Shown here: positions 63,982 through 64,000 of the stretch, in pieces | Layout of the letters: each line of letters begins with the position of its first letter | Position numbering within the stretch: the first letter of the stretch is position 1 | NCBI GenBank assembly: GCA_964493245.1 | Contig: CAZBNB010000011.1 | Span: 1,124-65,123 of the forward strand | Origin: an uncultured Legionellaceae bacterium | GTDB taxonomy: Bacteria > Pseudomonadota > Gammaproteobacteria > Legionellales > Legionellaceae | Direction: 5' to 3' | Length of the DNA: 64,000 nt | Translations under genes and position numbers: made by a program | Notes under the pieces: model-generated | What the model was told of the DNA's origin: nothing | Database searches by the model: none | What the model saw: the letters and a program-made list of their open reading frames with translations, nothing else

Positions 63982-64000
63982 TTTCTCCGATCTCGTGTTT

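Overview
This is a gene-dense, AT-rich (about 40% GC by eye) gammaproteobacterial chromosome segment. The content looks Legionellales-like: a deoB-linked pair of Pht-type MFS transporters, a Hanks-type Ser/Thr kinase, and very large coiled-coil/TPR membrane proteins that look like secretion substrates. About 60 CDS can be supported. Housekeeping blocks include an HlyD/ABC/ABC-2 exporter, pssA, hpf-ptsN-ptsO, rpmB-rpmG, rplY-pth-ychF, ispB, a leucine-catabolism (liu-like) operon, xseA, trkHA, dapF-lptM, ratA-rnfH-bamE, pyrD, deoB and rimO. No tRNA, rRNA, CRISPR array, integrase or transposase was seen. The most unusual locus is at 29.8-35.6 kb. It is a translationally coupled five-gene type II FAS/PKS-like operon: extended ACP, fused double-hotdog dehydratase, KAS II, a Cys-less CLF-like KS, and an LpxL-family acyltransferase. 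It is bracketed by two paralogous signal-peptide-bearing Cys-rich mini-proteins. A second striking feature is the load of non-coding palindromic MITE-like elements: at least six families and about 20 copies, all intergenic. One 175-bp family has four near-identical copies, each flanked by a different 5-bp target-site duplication. Shortened derivatives of these elements seem to act as terminator hairpins. Candidate host-targeted genes are a 1819-aa polytopic/TPR giant protein with a 523-aa TPR partner, an 852-aa coiled-coil protein with a C-terminal bilobed hydrophobic domain flanked by direct repeat copies, a 200-aa protein with 33-bp tandem repeats, a eukaryotic-like kinase and a chagasin-family cysteine-protease inhibitor. 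All functional calls come from motifs recognised by eye. No database search was possible.
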